Below, one piece after another: positions 28,045-41,683 of a stretch of 64,000 nucleotides of DNA (the stretch's first letter is position 1; each line of letters begins with the position of its first letter). A program made the position numbers and the translations under genes. Below the pieces are notes generated by a model that saw only the letters and a list, made by a program, of their open reading frames with translations, had not been told where the DNA came from and searched no databases. The stretch is from the human T2T-CHM13v2.0 reference genome, Homo sapiens, in the NCBI RefSeq assembly GCF_009914755.1, contig NC_060947.1; one strand, written 5' to 3'.

Positions 28045-28970
28045 GTACGTGAGCACAATCCTTTACCCCGAGGAGGGAGGTGCCAAGGCTCCTGCCCACT
28101 GGTCACCCTGGAGAGGCCAGGGAGGCTTTTTGCAGATGCACATGTTGTGTTTTTTAGGAACTGTTCAAGCCCTGCACCTGTAAGTAAAGTAGCTAACCTA
28201 GGGCTCCTGAAACGTTTGTTTAGCATCTGAGATGCTGGCGACTGGGGATGGTGAATATAGGGAGTTTGAGGACAGAAGGAGACCTGTTTAAGCCAGAATG
28301 CCTGGTCTGGGAGAGTAGGAGGGAACCATTCAGGGAGTTCTCAGGCACCTTAGCCTCCTTGGCAATCACTATGATCTCTGATTGCCTTCCTGTAGTCCAC
28401 GCAGTTGGATGGGCACCCAGTGTATGGTATGTGTGATGGAAGGATACAAGTGGGGGAATCTCAGACTGCATCCTGGAAATCTCCCAAACAACCTACCCTC
28501 ATAGGTCCTATTGATCTTGCACATTCTCACTAGGTGCACCCCAGCTTCTGTCCTCCCCAGTCTGGCACTGTGCCAGCTACAAAAGGAAAGAGGGAAGCTC
28601 CCAAGATTAGGAGGTAGGGTATGTCAGGTTACCCACCATATCCAAGCCTATCAGTTACTGCCATGGGAACTTGTAGCAGGCTAGCAGATCCCAGTGCCAC
28701 TTCTACACCAGATGGTCGCCAGTGTTTGAAGCAGGAAAAGGCCCCAATCTGGAAATGGAATCACTGCTGACTGGTGCCGCTGAGGTGTCTTTCTCTGGAA
28801 ATGTTTTTAGCTCGGAGCGCCTCTGTTGGAGGCCAAATGGCACAACAAAGTAGTTACCTAAGCTTCATCATTGCCTTTTTGTGTGCACATGGTGGAGGTG
28901 GTCAGGAGAGGGAACTAGGGTTTGGGACTGAAGCCAGTTTTTCTAACAGCATTGATCATTTCTCCTCCAG

Positions 28971-29135
28971 ATCATTCTGCAATCCATGCATAAGTACAAA
29001 CCCCGAGTGCACGTGATAGAGCAAGGCAGCAGTGTTGACCTGTCCCAGATTCAGTCCTTGCCCACTGAAGGTGTTAAAACATTCTCCTTTAAAGAAACTG
29101 AGTTCACCACAGTAACGGCTTACCAAAACCAACAG
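28971..29135 (+). CDS. TBX22: TBX22 coding exon 5 (T-box)
   Basis: tctcctccag|; [15 protein letters not shown]...[18 protein letters not shown]; donor CAG|gtaaac. 165 nt. Confidence 0.97.
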
Positions 29136-29522
29136 GTAAACTTGGTCATGTCTCAGGCGAATGGAAATGGCTCCAGAGGGACCTTGGATTAGAGGCATAG
29201 AGGCTAACTGCCATCAATTGCATTTTCCACAATTCTAAATAAAAATCATAGTTTTATTGTATTGTCATCCATGCAAGTTTGATAATGAATTGTATAAATC
29301 TTATGGGAGAAGGCAACTCCAGAAGGTAATTTATAAAAGTAATGATTTATAAATAGGAGCTAACCATTCTAAATATGACTTGCAATATGGTTACATTTAT
29401 TTAAATTGTCATATTAACGTGTTTCAACATCTCTTCTGGTGGTTGTAACCACTATAAGCAATGGCAACAGTGTTCTTACTGAAAGCAATGACTTTATCTT
29501 TCTCTCTCTATTGAATCCATAG

Positions 29523-29945
<423 letters not shown>

Positions 29946-30256
29946 CACAAGTTTTAAGGATAAGAAAACTGACTCAGAGACTCAAAAGCTCTAAGTTTTG
30001 TAATTAGTAGGTGGTAAGAAAGGAACCCAGATGTTTTGTGTTGAAAACATTACTTCCTCCCACTCCTTTGCTACTCACTATTAAGACCTTGCTTATTTTA
30101 GAATTCTAGGTTTGACTGAATTTTATTCAGAAGTCTAGCTATATAAAAGAGAAATATTTAAAATAGTTACATCTGAAAGATATAGCAAAATAACTCAAAA
30201 TCATTATTTTCAGAAATTGCATTCTGGGGATGCTGAAAGTTGACTCTCTTTTTTAG

Positions 30257-30342
30257 GGGTGTATTGGATGGGCTTTTAGAGACCTACCCATGGAGGCCTT
30301 CTTTCACTCTCGATTTTAAAACCTTTGGCGCAGACACACAAA
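30257..30342 (+). CDS. TBX22: TBX22 coding exon 7
   Basis: ctttttttag|G; GVLDGLLETYPWRPSFTLDFKTFGADTQ; donor A|gtaaga. 86 nt. Confidence 0.95.
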
Positions 30343-32224
30343 GTAAGAAAACTTGGAACGTTTGTTTTATTTTTACATATCAATTAAATAACAACATCCG
30401 GAACCCTTGTACCAAATACTACACAAGGGGATATGTACATGCAAGAAAATGTGTACTTATGGGTAACTGCGTGTACATTTGCCTGAATGACGAGGTAAGA
30501 GGCATAAAGGGAGAGAAGCTGGCATGAAGGAAGAGAATAGAAATGTGATAATTGTAGACTTATTGACATATGTTAATAAGTTATCTTACACCCTGTGATT
30601 TTCAGATTTCATCTGGATTTTTCAGCCTCTCACTGTTTCACATTCTTTAGGATATGCCTGTGGTGCATTTGCAGCCTGATTTGCAAATATGTTACTATTG
30701 AAATGAATAGTTTATCTTTTATGAGGACCTTTCAGTACATGTTAAAATGACTTTCATTAAATTCATCACTGAGCTCTAATTTTCCTCTTTTTTGTTCATG
30801 GGGAAAGTAAATGTTAAAAATAATACTAAGTCTTCACAATTTAATTGCCACAAGCATTTAAAAATATTTGCAAGATATTTATCCTCAGATGGTACATTAC
30901 ATGACAAAATAATAATAATTAAATAATGCAGGCTTTCTGGTGGAAGGATACCTTAATTTGCTCTGATAGTTAATAATAAATAGAATAATTTTTATTTGAA
31001 AATGACATGGATTTTTTTTATCCCTTTGTCTTTACTCCATCGAAGTTGCTTGTCTTTGACCATTAATTCAAGGTTACAATTGCCAAGCAAAACCAACATT
31101 ATAGTTAGGTTGAGTTTTACATGATGCCATAACAACTAACTGAAAAGGGAAGAAGTGAAGTCTAATCATTTGGTGAAATATTTCACTGGAATGGCTGTCT
31201 TGATGTGGTTTAGGGAATTGCATGAAAAAAAAAACACTTATTTTACAGTGTCGATTTAACTAATAGCATCTAGAAAGCATACTTTTAAATATCCAAGTCA
31301 AAACAAATGTGCACTAATAAAGAAAAAGTTAAAGATGATCATGAAATGATAATTTAAAGTACACAGTTTTCTTAATTATTTAACATATCCAAAATGCTCT
31401 CAAATTGCAAATAAATGAGCTACTAGTTTCTTAAATAACTTTTAAATGCTTTATTATAAAAGATATTTGCCATCTTGTTGATGAAGGTTTAGGATACGTC
31501 TACATACACAAAATAGTTAAGAAAACAGCAACACTAAAAAAGAAACAACTTGGTCAAATCCAGCCAATAACCAATTGTTTGAATTCAGACATTTACAAAA
31601 ATAAGCTTTAGAGTTTAGCGTTTCCTGGACCTTATAATTATCCCTAGTTTTAGTAGATGCTAGGCAAACATAAAAAATCAGCAAACGTCATTGATATGAA
31701 CACTTACATTCATCCTTATATTTCTTAACTTGCAAAATTATTTCCAACTCTTAAGATATAATGCAGTATGGAAATTGCCCCATTCATTGTTTTTGTATAA
31801 GAAAAAAAGCTAAGGCTTTTAAATATATTGCTTTCATTTATACAAGACTATTTTCATGTTCACTAATTTTTTAAATCAGTGGTCAGAGGAATTTTTTAAA
31901 TCAGTGTACCTTTGGTCAGAGGAATTTAAAAAATCAACGTACATGAAATCTATACATTCTATCTATAAACTAAATCTATATAATCCCAAACAACCAATCA
32001 ATTTGTGCATCTTAACTACTTATTTTAGTAACATTTTAAGGTTTTAAAATAATAAAACTAGTTTGTGTTTGTAAGATATAATTGACGCTAAGTCATAATT
32101 GGACTTCTTTGTAATTCTTTGTACAAATGTGGTTCAAGTGCCTAGCACAGTATTTGAGCAAATGAATGCTTAATACATGATACATGGTAGTAGTGCTAAA
32201 AGTAATAGTGGTAGTAGTATAGAT

Positions 32225-32573
32225 CAGTGGTCCCCAACCTTTTTGGTACCAGGGGCCAGTTTTGTGAAAGACAATTTTTCCACGAATGGTGGGGGTTGGG
32301 AGGGGATGGTTTCGGGATGAAACTGTTCCACCTCAGATCATCAGGCATTAGATTATCATTAAAGGGCACTCAACCTAGATCCCTCACATGCACAGTTCAC
32401 AATAGAGTGTGCGCTCCTGTGAGAATCTAATGCTGCCGCTGATCTGAAAGGAGGCAGAGCTCAGGCAATGAGGTAATGCTCACTGGCCTGCTGATCACCT
32501 CTTGCTGTCCAGCCTGATTCATAACAGGCTACAGACCTGTACCAGTGGGTAACCCAGGCATTAGCGATACCTA
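32225..32573. mobile_element. hAT-Charlie non-autonomous DNA transposon (MER1B-like)
   Basis: Starts cagtggtccccaacc with a degenerate opposite TIR. Perfect 8-bp TSD gtatagat at 32217-32224 and 32574-32581. Confidence 0.9.
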
Positions 32574-32763
32574 GTATAGATACTATATTCAACTTTAGTC
32601 AGAGGAATGAGCAGGTCCTGTCTCAAAGAAGCTAAAAGAACTGTGAACTCACAAGGAAAATTAATCTAAGGATGAAGCACAGATAGTGAAGGATATGATT
32701 ACTAATATTGCAGGAACATCAAATGTCAAGTTCATTATTCATTGGCTGAATTGTCATTCACAG

Positions 32764-33377
32764 GTGGAAGCAGTGGCTCATCTCCAGTGACCTCTAGTGG
32801 AGGGGCCCCCTCTCCTTTGAACTCCTTACTTTCTCCACTTTGCTTTTCACCTATGTTTCATTTACCTACAAGCTCCCTTGGAATGCCCTGTCCAGAGGCA
32901 TACCTGCCCAATGTCAACCTGCCTCTATGCTACAAGATTTGTCCAACTAATTTTTGGCAACAGCAACCTCTTGTTTTACCGGCTCCTGAAAGACTAGCAA
33001 GCAGCAACAGTTCTCAGTCTTTAGCCCCACTCATGATGGAAGTGCCTATGTTATCTTCCCTGGGGGTCACCAATTCAAAAAGCGGTTCATCTGAAGACTC
33101 CAGTGATCAGTATCTACAAGCACCTAATTCTACCAATCAAATGTTATATGGATTACAGTCACCTGGAAATATTTTTCTGCCAAACTCCATCACCCCAGAA
33201 GCACTTAGTTGCTCCTTTCATCCTTCCTATGACTTTTATAGATACAATTTCTCTATGCCATCTAGACTGATAAGTGGTTCCAACCATCTTAAAGTGAATG
33301 ACGACAGTCAAGTTTCTTTTGGAGAAGGCAAATGTAATCATGTTCATTGGTATCCAGCAATTAACCATTACCTTTAG
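32764..33377 (+). CDS. TBX22: TBX22 terminal coding exon (Ser/Pro-rich C-terminus)
   Basis: cattcacag|GT; SGSSGSSPVTSSGGAPSP...HVHWYPAINHYL, then TAG followed by TAA. Summed CDS = 1563 nt = 520 aa + stop. Confidence 0.97.
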
Positions 33378-34040
33378 TAAGACAATAGCATTTCTAGAAC
33401 AATTACATGTAAACAAATATTTTCTTTATTTGTAGCCAAAGAAATTTCAACAGTTATTGGGCTTAAAAAGCATCATTACAATACAGTATTTCTTTGTTAT
33501 ACATTTAAAGATTTAAAGTGCCTTATCAAATAATATTCATGAAGAGTTGTTTATAATGTCAAATGAAACCTACAGGAATCTCTGATTACAGTGGCCTTGA
33601 GCTTCAAAATGAGATATGCAATAAATATTATTTGATGATACTCCACCAGTGAAAATTGATGCTAAGTGATGGGATTTTCAATTATACTGAAGCTAGTTCA
33701 CCACGTTAACTGCATTTTACACATTGACAATGACAAAAAGAAGATGGATGTAATTCTCATGAAAGCAGTGAAGCAATTTCAGTTTTAAAAATGAAGATCG
33801 GCTTTCATGTAATTATCTAGTAGTTGTAGAAGAAAATTTAATTATTTGTTTGCCTCATGCCTTTATACTTTGCTGTTGAAGAAACTACTAATCTCAATTT
33901 AAGATACAAATAAGGACACAAACTTTCAAGTATTATATTTTATTTATCTTTGTAGCCTAAAGACCATTTAATCTTGAAGGAACACAAAGATCAAATGAAA
34001 AGTAAAACACTCTAAATAAATTTGCTTTTATTTTCTTTTA
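33378..34040 (+). other. TBX22: TBX22 3' UTR
   Basis: AT-rich sequence after the stop codon, with AATAAA at 33620-33625 and 34015-34020. The 3' end is inferred. Confidence 0.7.
34015..34020 (+). terminator. TBX22: Polyadenylation signal AATAAA
   Basis: Canonical hexamer followed by a T-rich tract. Confidence 0.65.
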
Positions 34041-37000
34041 TTTTTGGATAATTCCTAGATAAAACTTGTTCATTTATTCCTTTAACACCTCTGGTATTTT
34101 ATACACTATTAGAAAAAAACGTATTATTATAGTTTTGTAAGAAAATAAAGACATTATGATTACAAGAGGGAGAATACATTTGAATCCATAAATATGAAAA
34201 TATCATTATTCTGGTATGATTTAACTCCACTCTTGTGTGTCAATCATAGTGAATTAAACTAGACAAAAGTAGAATAATCTTTTATTTAAGTTTATGAAGT
34301 TGAAAAGTTTCCTTTCACCAGGCCCTAAATTTCTGAAAATAATTATGAGGTATAACCTATATACAGCCTGTATATCTTTAAGATGAATCAGATTTTGAGT
34401 TTTATGCTAGTAACTCTAGACATTTTATTAAGCCAAGCCCTTTAATATCACAATGGAATGACTTGACTTTTGACAAACTAAGCAAACTGCTAAACTGATT
34501 TTTCTAATTTTTCCAACACATATAAAGAACAGCATATTAATTATTTATTCTGCTCAAAATGATTATTTCATCTCAAATATGCCTTATAAATGTGCCTTCC
34601 TCTATATGTATTAAAATTATCCCCACTCCTGGGAGTAGGGATAGGATGCCACATGATTGCATTCAAATTAAGTATTCTAGTCAAGATGAAGTATTATTTG
34701 TGATCTAATGTAATTAGATACTGTTGCAAAAGTCTTTAAGGAATAAAATGTATACTACCCAGGTTTATTAAACAAGAAATTAAAATAAGAAAAGACATTT
34801 TATTTTTGTCTACTCCAAAACAGGAAAGCTAAAGGCTAACTTTAATTAGTAAAATGGATTGTTACTTTTTCAGCAGAAACCCTTATATCAGATTATAAAT
34901 GAAACATTCGGAGGTCTACATGGGAGAACATCAGTAATTGGCAAGAGAAAGTATTTAACTGAAAAATCAAAGAGATATCTGGGTTACTTTTTAGTGACTA
35001 TTTAAAAGAACGGATTAATTTTGGAGCTTCTCCAGAATACATATACCCTATGCTGTATGTTTCAGATAATATGACTATATATTACCTATATACAACTACT
35101 AATATGTAATTACATTGGTAATTACATTGGTAATGGTGATTAACATAAAGGGGAAAACGTTTAAATACAAGAAGGTAAACATTTATGTTTAGCTACATTA
35201 AATAATATTCATAAATTGTCATTTTGTAGTTTTAATTGAAGAAGGAAACAAGGGAAAGCCTTCATGGATAATTAGACTTGGAAGAAACCTCAAGAGATTC
35301 AGTAAGTAGTCCCCTGCTTCTAAGTAAGTGACTCATTTGCAGAAATCTTCTAACAGCTCTAATTAATGCACAGTAAATATTTAGTGCCTTCAACCATTTT
35401 TTGTTTAATAAATTCTTACTCCTCAACGGATGGTGCAAAATTTGAGTAACTGGGTAAATTGATGCTATGGTTATGAAATGAAAAACAAAATAATGTGTAA
35501 TTCTATCACTTTCACCTGCATCAGCTAAAAGTTAGACTTGCTTTAGAAATCTACAAAAATACAAAGCCACTCTTGTTGGACTAAGTGTGAAATAGCTGAT
35601 AAAAGTGGCCAAATGATACTTAATAGACCCCCAAATCTAACAATTAAAACCTCTATTTCCATCTGATTTGACCATACATATATGGGCACCACTTCTTTTT
35701 ATATTCCTCCTTAATTCAGCTCACTAAATTTATGAAATCTGATTCTTAACCTGACCTGGTTATATGACTTACCACAAATAAATATAGGGAAAGTAAGCAT
35801 TTCATTAACTCTGTGAAATTTGTATGTTGAGTCAGAAAATAAATGAATGGTACTTTACCCTTGTACAGTCCCCAGTGAGGCTCAGACCTGTAGTCAGATT
35901 CTCTGGTCAGGAAGGTATTATTTTGTGGAACCATCAGTCAAGCTGAAATCAAGGACTTAAAGTATGAGCCTGGTTACAAAACACATATCTAAGTAGATAA
36001 ATTCTCTATTCATTACACTTTAAAGACCAATATATAGCTTTAGGTAATATAATTTAGACATCAAACTCTAATACTATTATTTCTTTTCACCCACAGGGGG
36101 GTTAAGCCCTCTGGAAATTACATTTTAAAGTATCATATATAACCTTATGTTACATAATTTTAGAGCCTTCAAACTCACATATATCATTGCTCCTATTCAT
36201 TGTGCTCGAAAATGAGGAGGTTTATTTTCCTCAGTTTATGAAGACAGATACTCATGATATTTCACTGCTATTAAACATAGGTTCTACACATACTCTGGGA
36301 ATGGAATAGACCTCATTCTTTTGTGAGGTTGAAGCATGTCTGTGGGATGAAAAGAGATGAAAAATTAAATCAGCAAGTGATGATTCAGTGAACCATTCCA
36401 TTATGGAAGACTTCCCTTTTATTCTCCTAATCATTTTTTATTATGCACCCTAGGAATAAGCCGTGGCTCACATAAACCAGGTGATACATATATTTTAAGT
36501 ATTACTGGTGTAATGCTGAACAAGAACATGACTGAAACAAATGTTTTGTATAAGTATTTAAAATATATTTTACAATAAAATAAAAAATATATTTTACAAA
36601 GGTCTACAAACATGCTAATTACAAAATTTAGATGCTTTAAGATAATCAAATTATATGTATACAGTAGGGTAGTAGGCGGTCATTATTTCTTTACTAAATC
36701 TCACTAACAAATCTCTTCCTTATCTGAATATGCAGTTTGATAAATTCCAGATGTCACACTGTAACGTGTGTGTATACACACACACACACACATAGAATCG
36801 GTGTTTTAGTTTTGTTTTGTTATTAAATAATTTACAGTGTTCTGCTTTTTCTCCCACCCCTCCCTAATAAGAGATGCTAAAAAGAACACCTAGTCGTTAC
36901 ATACTTATGCTATTAGTTATAGATACTTTTGGGGAAAGGCAAATTTAAACACACGTAGAAATGTCCAACTGCATGTACTGTACTTTATGAATTGAATTGG

Positions 37001-38694
37001 CAGGGTGAGAGTATAATATTTTTACTCAGATTTAGAGATATGTTGCATTTGTGCTGAAAAATTTTTAATTAGCCAAAGTAACCATAATATTGTGTTATAA
37101 AGCAACAGTTTACCAATTGACTTCACTAGAATTTAGCATGTTTATTGGAGCAGTTTAAAACCAACCAAATACATAGCTTAGGCAGTTGCTTTCATATAAA
37201 TGCCTTGGTATACATTTAATCTTCTTAAGTTTGGCCTGCAATTAAATGATAATTTGTATTAAAACTGTGCAAATAAACATGGGTTTGTTGACAACATAAA
37301 ACAGAACAAATAGATACACAGAACACTGGAAACATATTCAGTATTAAAACTATTTACATGTGTGGTGCTGGCCAACTTTTGACATGCTGTTTCAATAAAA
37401 TACTGACAGGAAAAAGACTAGAATAATTTCCTTTCAAAGTTTCAAATGTTCATGTTTACAAATTTGTACTGCATATTGATATGTATACATGCATTATAGT
37501 CAGCAGATGTACAAAAATGGTTACAGGATCTTTCTACTTAGCTGAAATGTATCTACATGTCTATTGGCTTTATCTTTTAAACTGCCTGAGAGTCACAAAT
37601 TTTAAAGTTAAATAGAATAGAAAACCTTGAAATTATAGTACTTTTTGATCAAGTTATTATATTTTAATTGTTGTTAAAAGTGGCAGAATTTTGATTTTGG
37701 ATTGAAGGTCACATACTTATGCACATGATAAAGTATAACGTAATATCTTGGTTGTAGAGAATGGTATAAATAGTTCAAATTTTTACTAGAACTGAAAAGT
37801 AATAAAATCATGAGTTTACAATGATTGAAGGTTAATGTATTTAAAGATTTTTTATTGAATACATAATTCAGTCTATCTTTCATTTTTATGATCATTTTTT
37901 AGAACATGTTGATGTTTTAGAACTTTACAATTATTTCAATTTTGCCTGAAATTGCGTTTTCACCATTTCCTTTGTGACATAAAGATTTTGTGACCTTTCT
38001 ACCAATTACACTGTCTAATCAGACTGATTTTCTTCTTTATTGATAATTGTAAATTATAGAAAAAAATTACTTAATAAAAACACCAACAAATAGATTACTT
38101 TTTGGAAGAGTCATTGGTTTCTCAGTAAGACCCAAGTTGAAGTAGAAAAGTTACTCACTGCTGTACCTATGCTAACATTGTATTTGGTTTTCTTTAAAGG
38201 GAACCCATACACAAGCCAAACAGTGTTTGTTACATTAGTAGCTATGTTTTGCAAAATTCAGATTGGATCCTCTTCAAATCATGAGAAAGAACTGTTTAGC
38301 AAAAGTATAATGATTTTGCAACCTGTCACCATGATACTTTTCTATAATTGTATATTAATGAGGCAATGGTGACGATGGGGCGTCACATTTCAAAAGGCTC
38401 TGCAGGCTCTCGCACCACATATATATGGCATTAGGATAAACTAATCCACTGTTTGCACTCAAGTGTTGTAGCCAAATTCAGCAGGCCTCTGGGTGCGATT
38501 AATCAAGGCTGTTGCCCCTAGCCCTTGGGTAGGCAAGATACAGCGTCTTCCAGTGGGTAGTTGGGGTTGAATATCCCAGCTGATGCTAACAAAGGCCTGA
38601 TGCTTCACATACACATACATATTATGCTATATTTTAGTTTAGTTATTCATATGCATGTTTCTTCTACTAGATTGTGAGTGAAGGAGGAACAGTA

Positions 38695-39376
38695 TTTTTT
38701 ATTTTTACTTATTTTTTAAGAATAATTTCACCTTTTATTTTCGATTCAGTGGGGGTACAGGTGTAGGTTTGTTATCTGGATATATTGCATAATGCTGAGG
38801 TTTGGGGTATGATTGATCCCGTCACCCACGTACTGAGCATGTTATCCAATAGCTAGTTTTTCAACTCTTGCCTCTCCCTCCTCTAGTAGTCCCCAGTGTC
38901 TATTGTTGCCATTTTTATGTCCAAAAGTACCTATTGTTTAGCTCCCACTCATAAGTGAGTAAACGTGGTATTGAGTGTTCCATTTCTATGATAATTTGCT
39001 TAGGATGATTACCTCCAGCTGCATAAATGTTGCTGCAAAGGACATGATTTCATTCTTTTTATGGCTGCATAGTATTTCATGGTGTATATGTACCACATTT
39101 TCTTTATCCAATCCAGAGTTGATGGGCAACTGGGTTGCTTCTATGTCTTTGCTATTGTGAACAGCACTGCAATGAACATATAAGTCCATGTGACTTTTTG
39201 GTAGAATGACTTGTTTTCTCTTGGATATATACCAAATAATGGGATTACTGGGTCAAATGGTAATTCTGTTTTAAGTTCTTTGAAAAATTTCCAACCTGAT
39301 TTCCACAGTGGCTAAACTAATTTGCCATTCCTATCAACAGTCTACAAGTATTCCCTTTTCTCTGCAGCTTTGCCAG
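38695..39376 (-). mobile_element. Old primate L1 (L1PA16/L1PB-like) 3' end, left part of interrupted host
   Basis: T-rich tail and antisense 3'UTR/ORF2 ending at ...ctgcagctttgccag; the L1 sequence resumes at 62022. Confidence 0.85.
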
Positions 39377-39759
39377 TAATTAAAAAAAAAAAAACTTTAG
39401 CAGAATTAAATTTAAAGTAATTTCATTGAGCAATAAAAAATTCGTGAATTGGGCAGCCTCCTGAGCCAGGGTAGGCTCAGAGACTCCAGGGCAGCCACGT
39501 GGTGGAAGAAGATTTATGGACAGAAAAAGGAAAATGACATACAGAAACAGCTGGGTTGGTTACAGCTCGAGGTTTGTCTTATTTGAACATGGTTCAAAGA
39601 GTTGGCAACATTTGATAGGCCAAAACTCGGTGATTGGCACAAGTGTAGGCTATGGTCTGTTTACAATTCCACTTGTTATAGTTCATGATGTACAGAAAAA
39701 ATTTTAGGCAGAACTTAAAATGTGTAAGGAGGCAGCTTTAGGCTAATCTTGATTTAACA
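39377..39759 (-). repeat. 3' LTR (MER57-like)
   Basis: Minus strand begins tgttaaatcaagattagcctaaagctgcctccttac and is preceded by the polypurine tract aaaaggggggaat. Confidence 0.85.
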
Positions 39760-40559
39760 ATTCCCCCCTTTTGGTCATCTTCTCAATTTTGAGAGATTGA
39801 CCAAAACTTTAGTCATTGATGTCACTTTGATGTCATTGACCAAAACTTTACTCATTGATGTCCAAGAGTGTGAAGGGGCCCTTCTCAATTGTGAGTTTAT
39901 AAACTGAGTGGGTTTTGTAAGGTAGGAGCAAAGACTGTACCTTCTTATGCTCAAACATCCCGTTTACAGGAGAAAAACAAAACCTGATATGTTTTTGCAT
40001 CTATGTGTTTTCTTAAAGTCTAAGTTTGATCATGCAACATTTAACATGAGTGACTCCATTTTTCTTTGATCTGGTCTGTTGGGGCATAGTGCATGAGCTC
40101 ACTCCAAAACAATGGCCTCCTATAATTTTGTTTATAAATTTCTCCTTTCTAGTTGGGTTCTCACTTAGGTAAGAGTTTGACCAAACCTTAGGGCCTTAGT
40201 GCCACCCTTAGTTACCATTATTTTCAGTTTCTGGCTTTAGCACATTATTTATAGGTTATGGTGCTCTCGTGGTTACACATTTTTTTCAGCTTTTGTTACT
40301 CCAGTTGAAGAGAGACCATTTGACATTTTAGAGATGGCTGCATGCAAACATTTAAAACTTTGGAGAGAATAGAGCGCACCAGGGAGACTACTCTGATGTC
40401 TATCAGGAGGATAATACCAAGAGTTTGGAGTATGCTTCATACCCAAGGTCCCCATAAACTAAAATCACCTAAAATTTGATAGATTAATGAATAAGCTAGA
40501 TAAAAGGACTACTCGCTTAACTAAGCAGTCTTCTTGTTAATCCCCTACAACTGAATCTT

Positions 40560-40830
40560 TATAATTTACATTTGATATATTTCTCCATAGGCCACAAGTG
40601 CCAGCAGCTGCACAGATAATTTTGTCTAGCCAGTAAGTAATCCACAGCAATTCTAGCATAACTTTCACAAGAGAATTTAAAGTTTGTTGTGTAACCATAG
40701 CCTTTACAGTGGAATCTGCTATAGCACCTGTTGTGAGGAACACATTTCTAATTATTGACTCTTCTACTCCAACCATGGGGAAAAAAAACAAACTAACAAA
40801 TGATGCCCTTTTAGGAAAGTCAAGACCTCC
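40560..40830 (-). pseudogene. Degraded ERV1 env transmembrane-subunit remnant
   Basis: With one frameshift reads ...IADSTVKAMVTQQTLNSLVKVM/RIAVDYLLARQ...ICAAAGTC: immunosuppressive-domain and CX6CC-like remnants. Confidence 0.6.
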
Positions 40831-41416
40831 TGGCAATGTTCTTTTTAACCCATGATAGGGTTAATGGAAATGAACCAATGTTCTGTTTTTGACTGATTAT
40901 TAGGTAATGTATGTACCATTAAAGTTTCTTACCTACATTGGGCCTTTATCTTTTATGAATTAAGATACAAAGTTATCCACATATAAGACTGGCTGCAAAA
41001 TTCTTTACAAATAAAAGTATACTCAATGAGTGCACATAACACACCCCCCTTTCACTTCTATTGTTTATAGAGGCATAAGAAAGGGAGAAAATTTTCAAAG
41101 ATAAGGGTCTCATGATAGTAGAGAAGTCTTGATCTATGATTCTGGAAAAAACTGTTCATATAAAGAATGTCATCTTCTTCTGGGGAGGAACTTCCCTGAT
41201 TAGCTTTACCTTAAGGTTTCCAATGGGTGTACCATTCCAAGAGTGTGGAGGGGGCCTTCTCGGTAGTGAGATTATACACCCAAAGTTTAAGGTCCCAAAG
41301 TTTTGCTGTAGTGTGGATGGCAAGGGCAGTCTTTCCCTGATGTTCTTAGAAGATTCGATCTTTAGGTTTTAGATTGTGAAGGGATTAATTGTCCTCAGTA
41401 AGTGAACCATAAAATA

Positions 41417-41683
41417 CTATTTTTTTTTTACTTGGTGAAAATACACTGTGGCATAATAATCTACTGTTATAACATCAGCTCTCTTACATGGGAAAACTTT
41501 TATACAACCAGAAAACATGCATTGAAAATGATAATTGAATGAAATCCCTCTATACATGTTTAAATGGCACATCAGGTAGTTGACTATACCTGAAGTTTTG
41601 ACTCTCTTCCCAGGAATATGGGTTTGCCACACCAAACATTGGAGATAAACTATTTCAACAATATAGAAATTTATAACACCCAC
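41417..41683 (-). pseudogene. Degraded ERV1 integrase remnant
   Basis: QTHIPGKRVKTSG...CMFSGCIKVFPCKRADVITV resembles the gammaretrovirus-like IN core (CxFSGWxEAFP). Confidence 0.5.
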
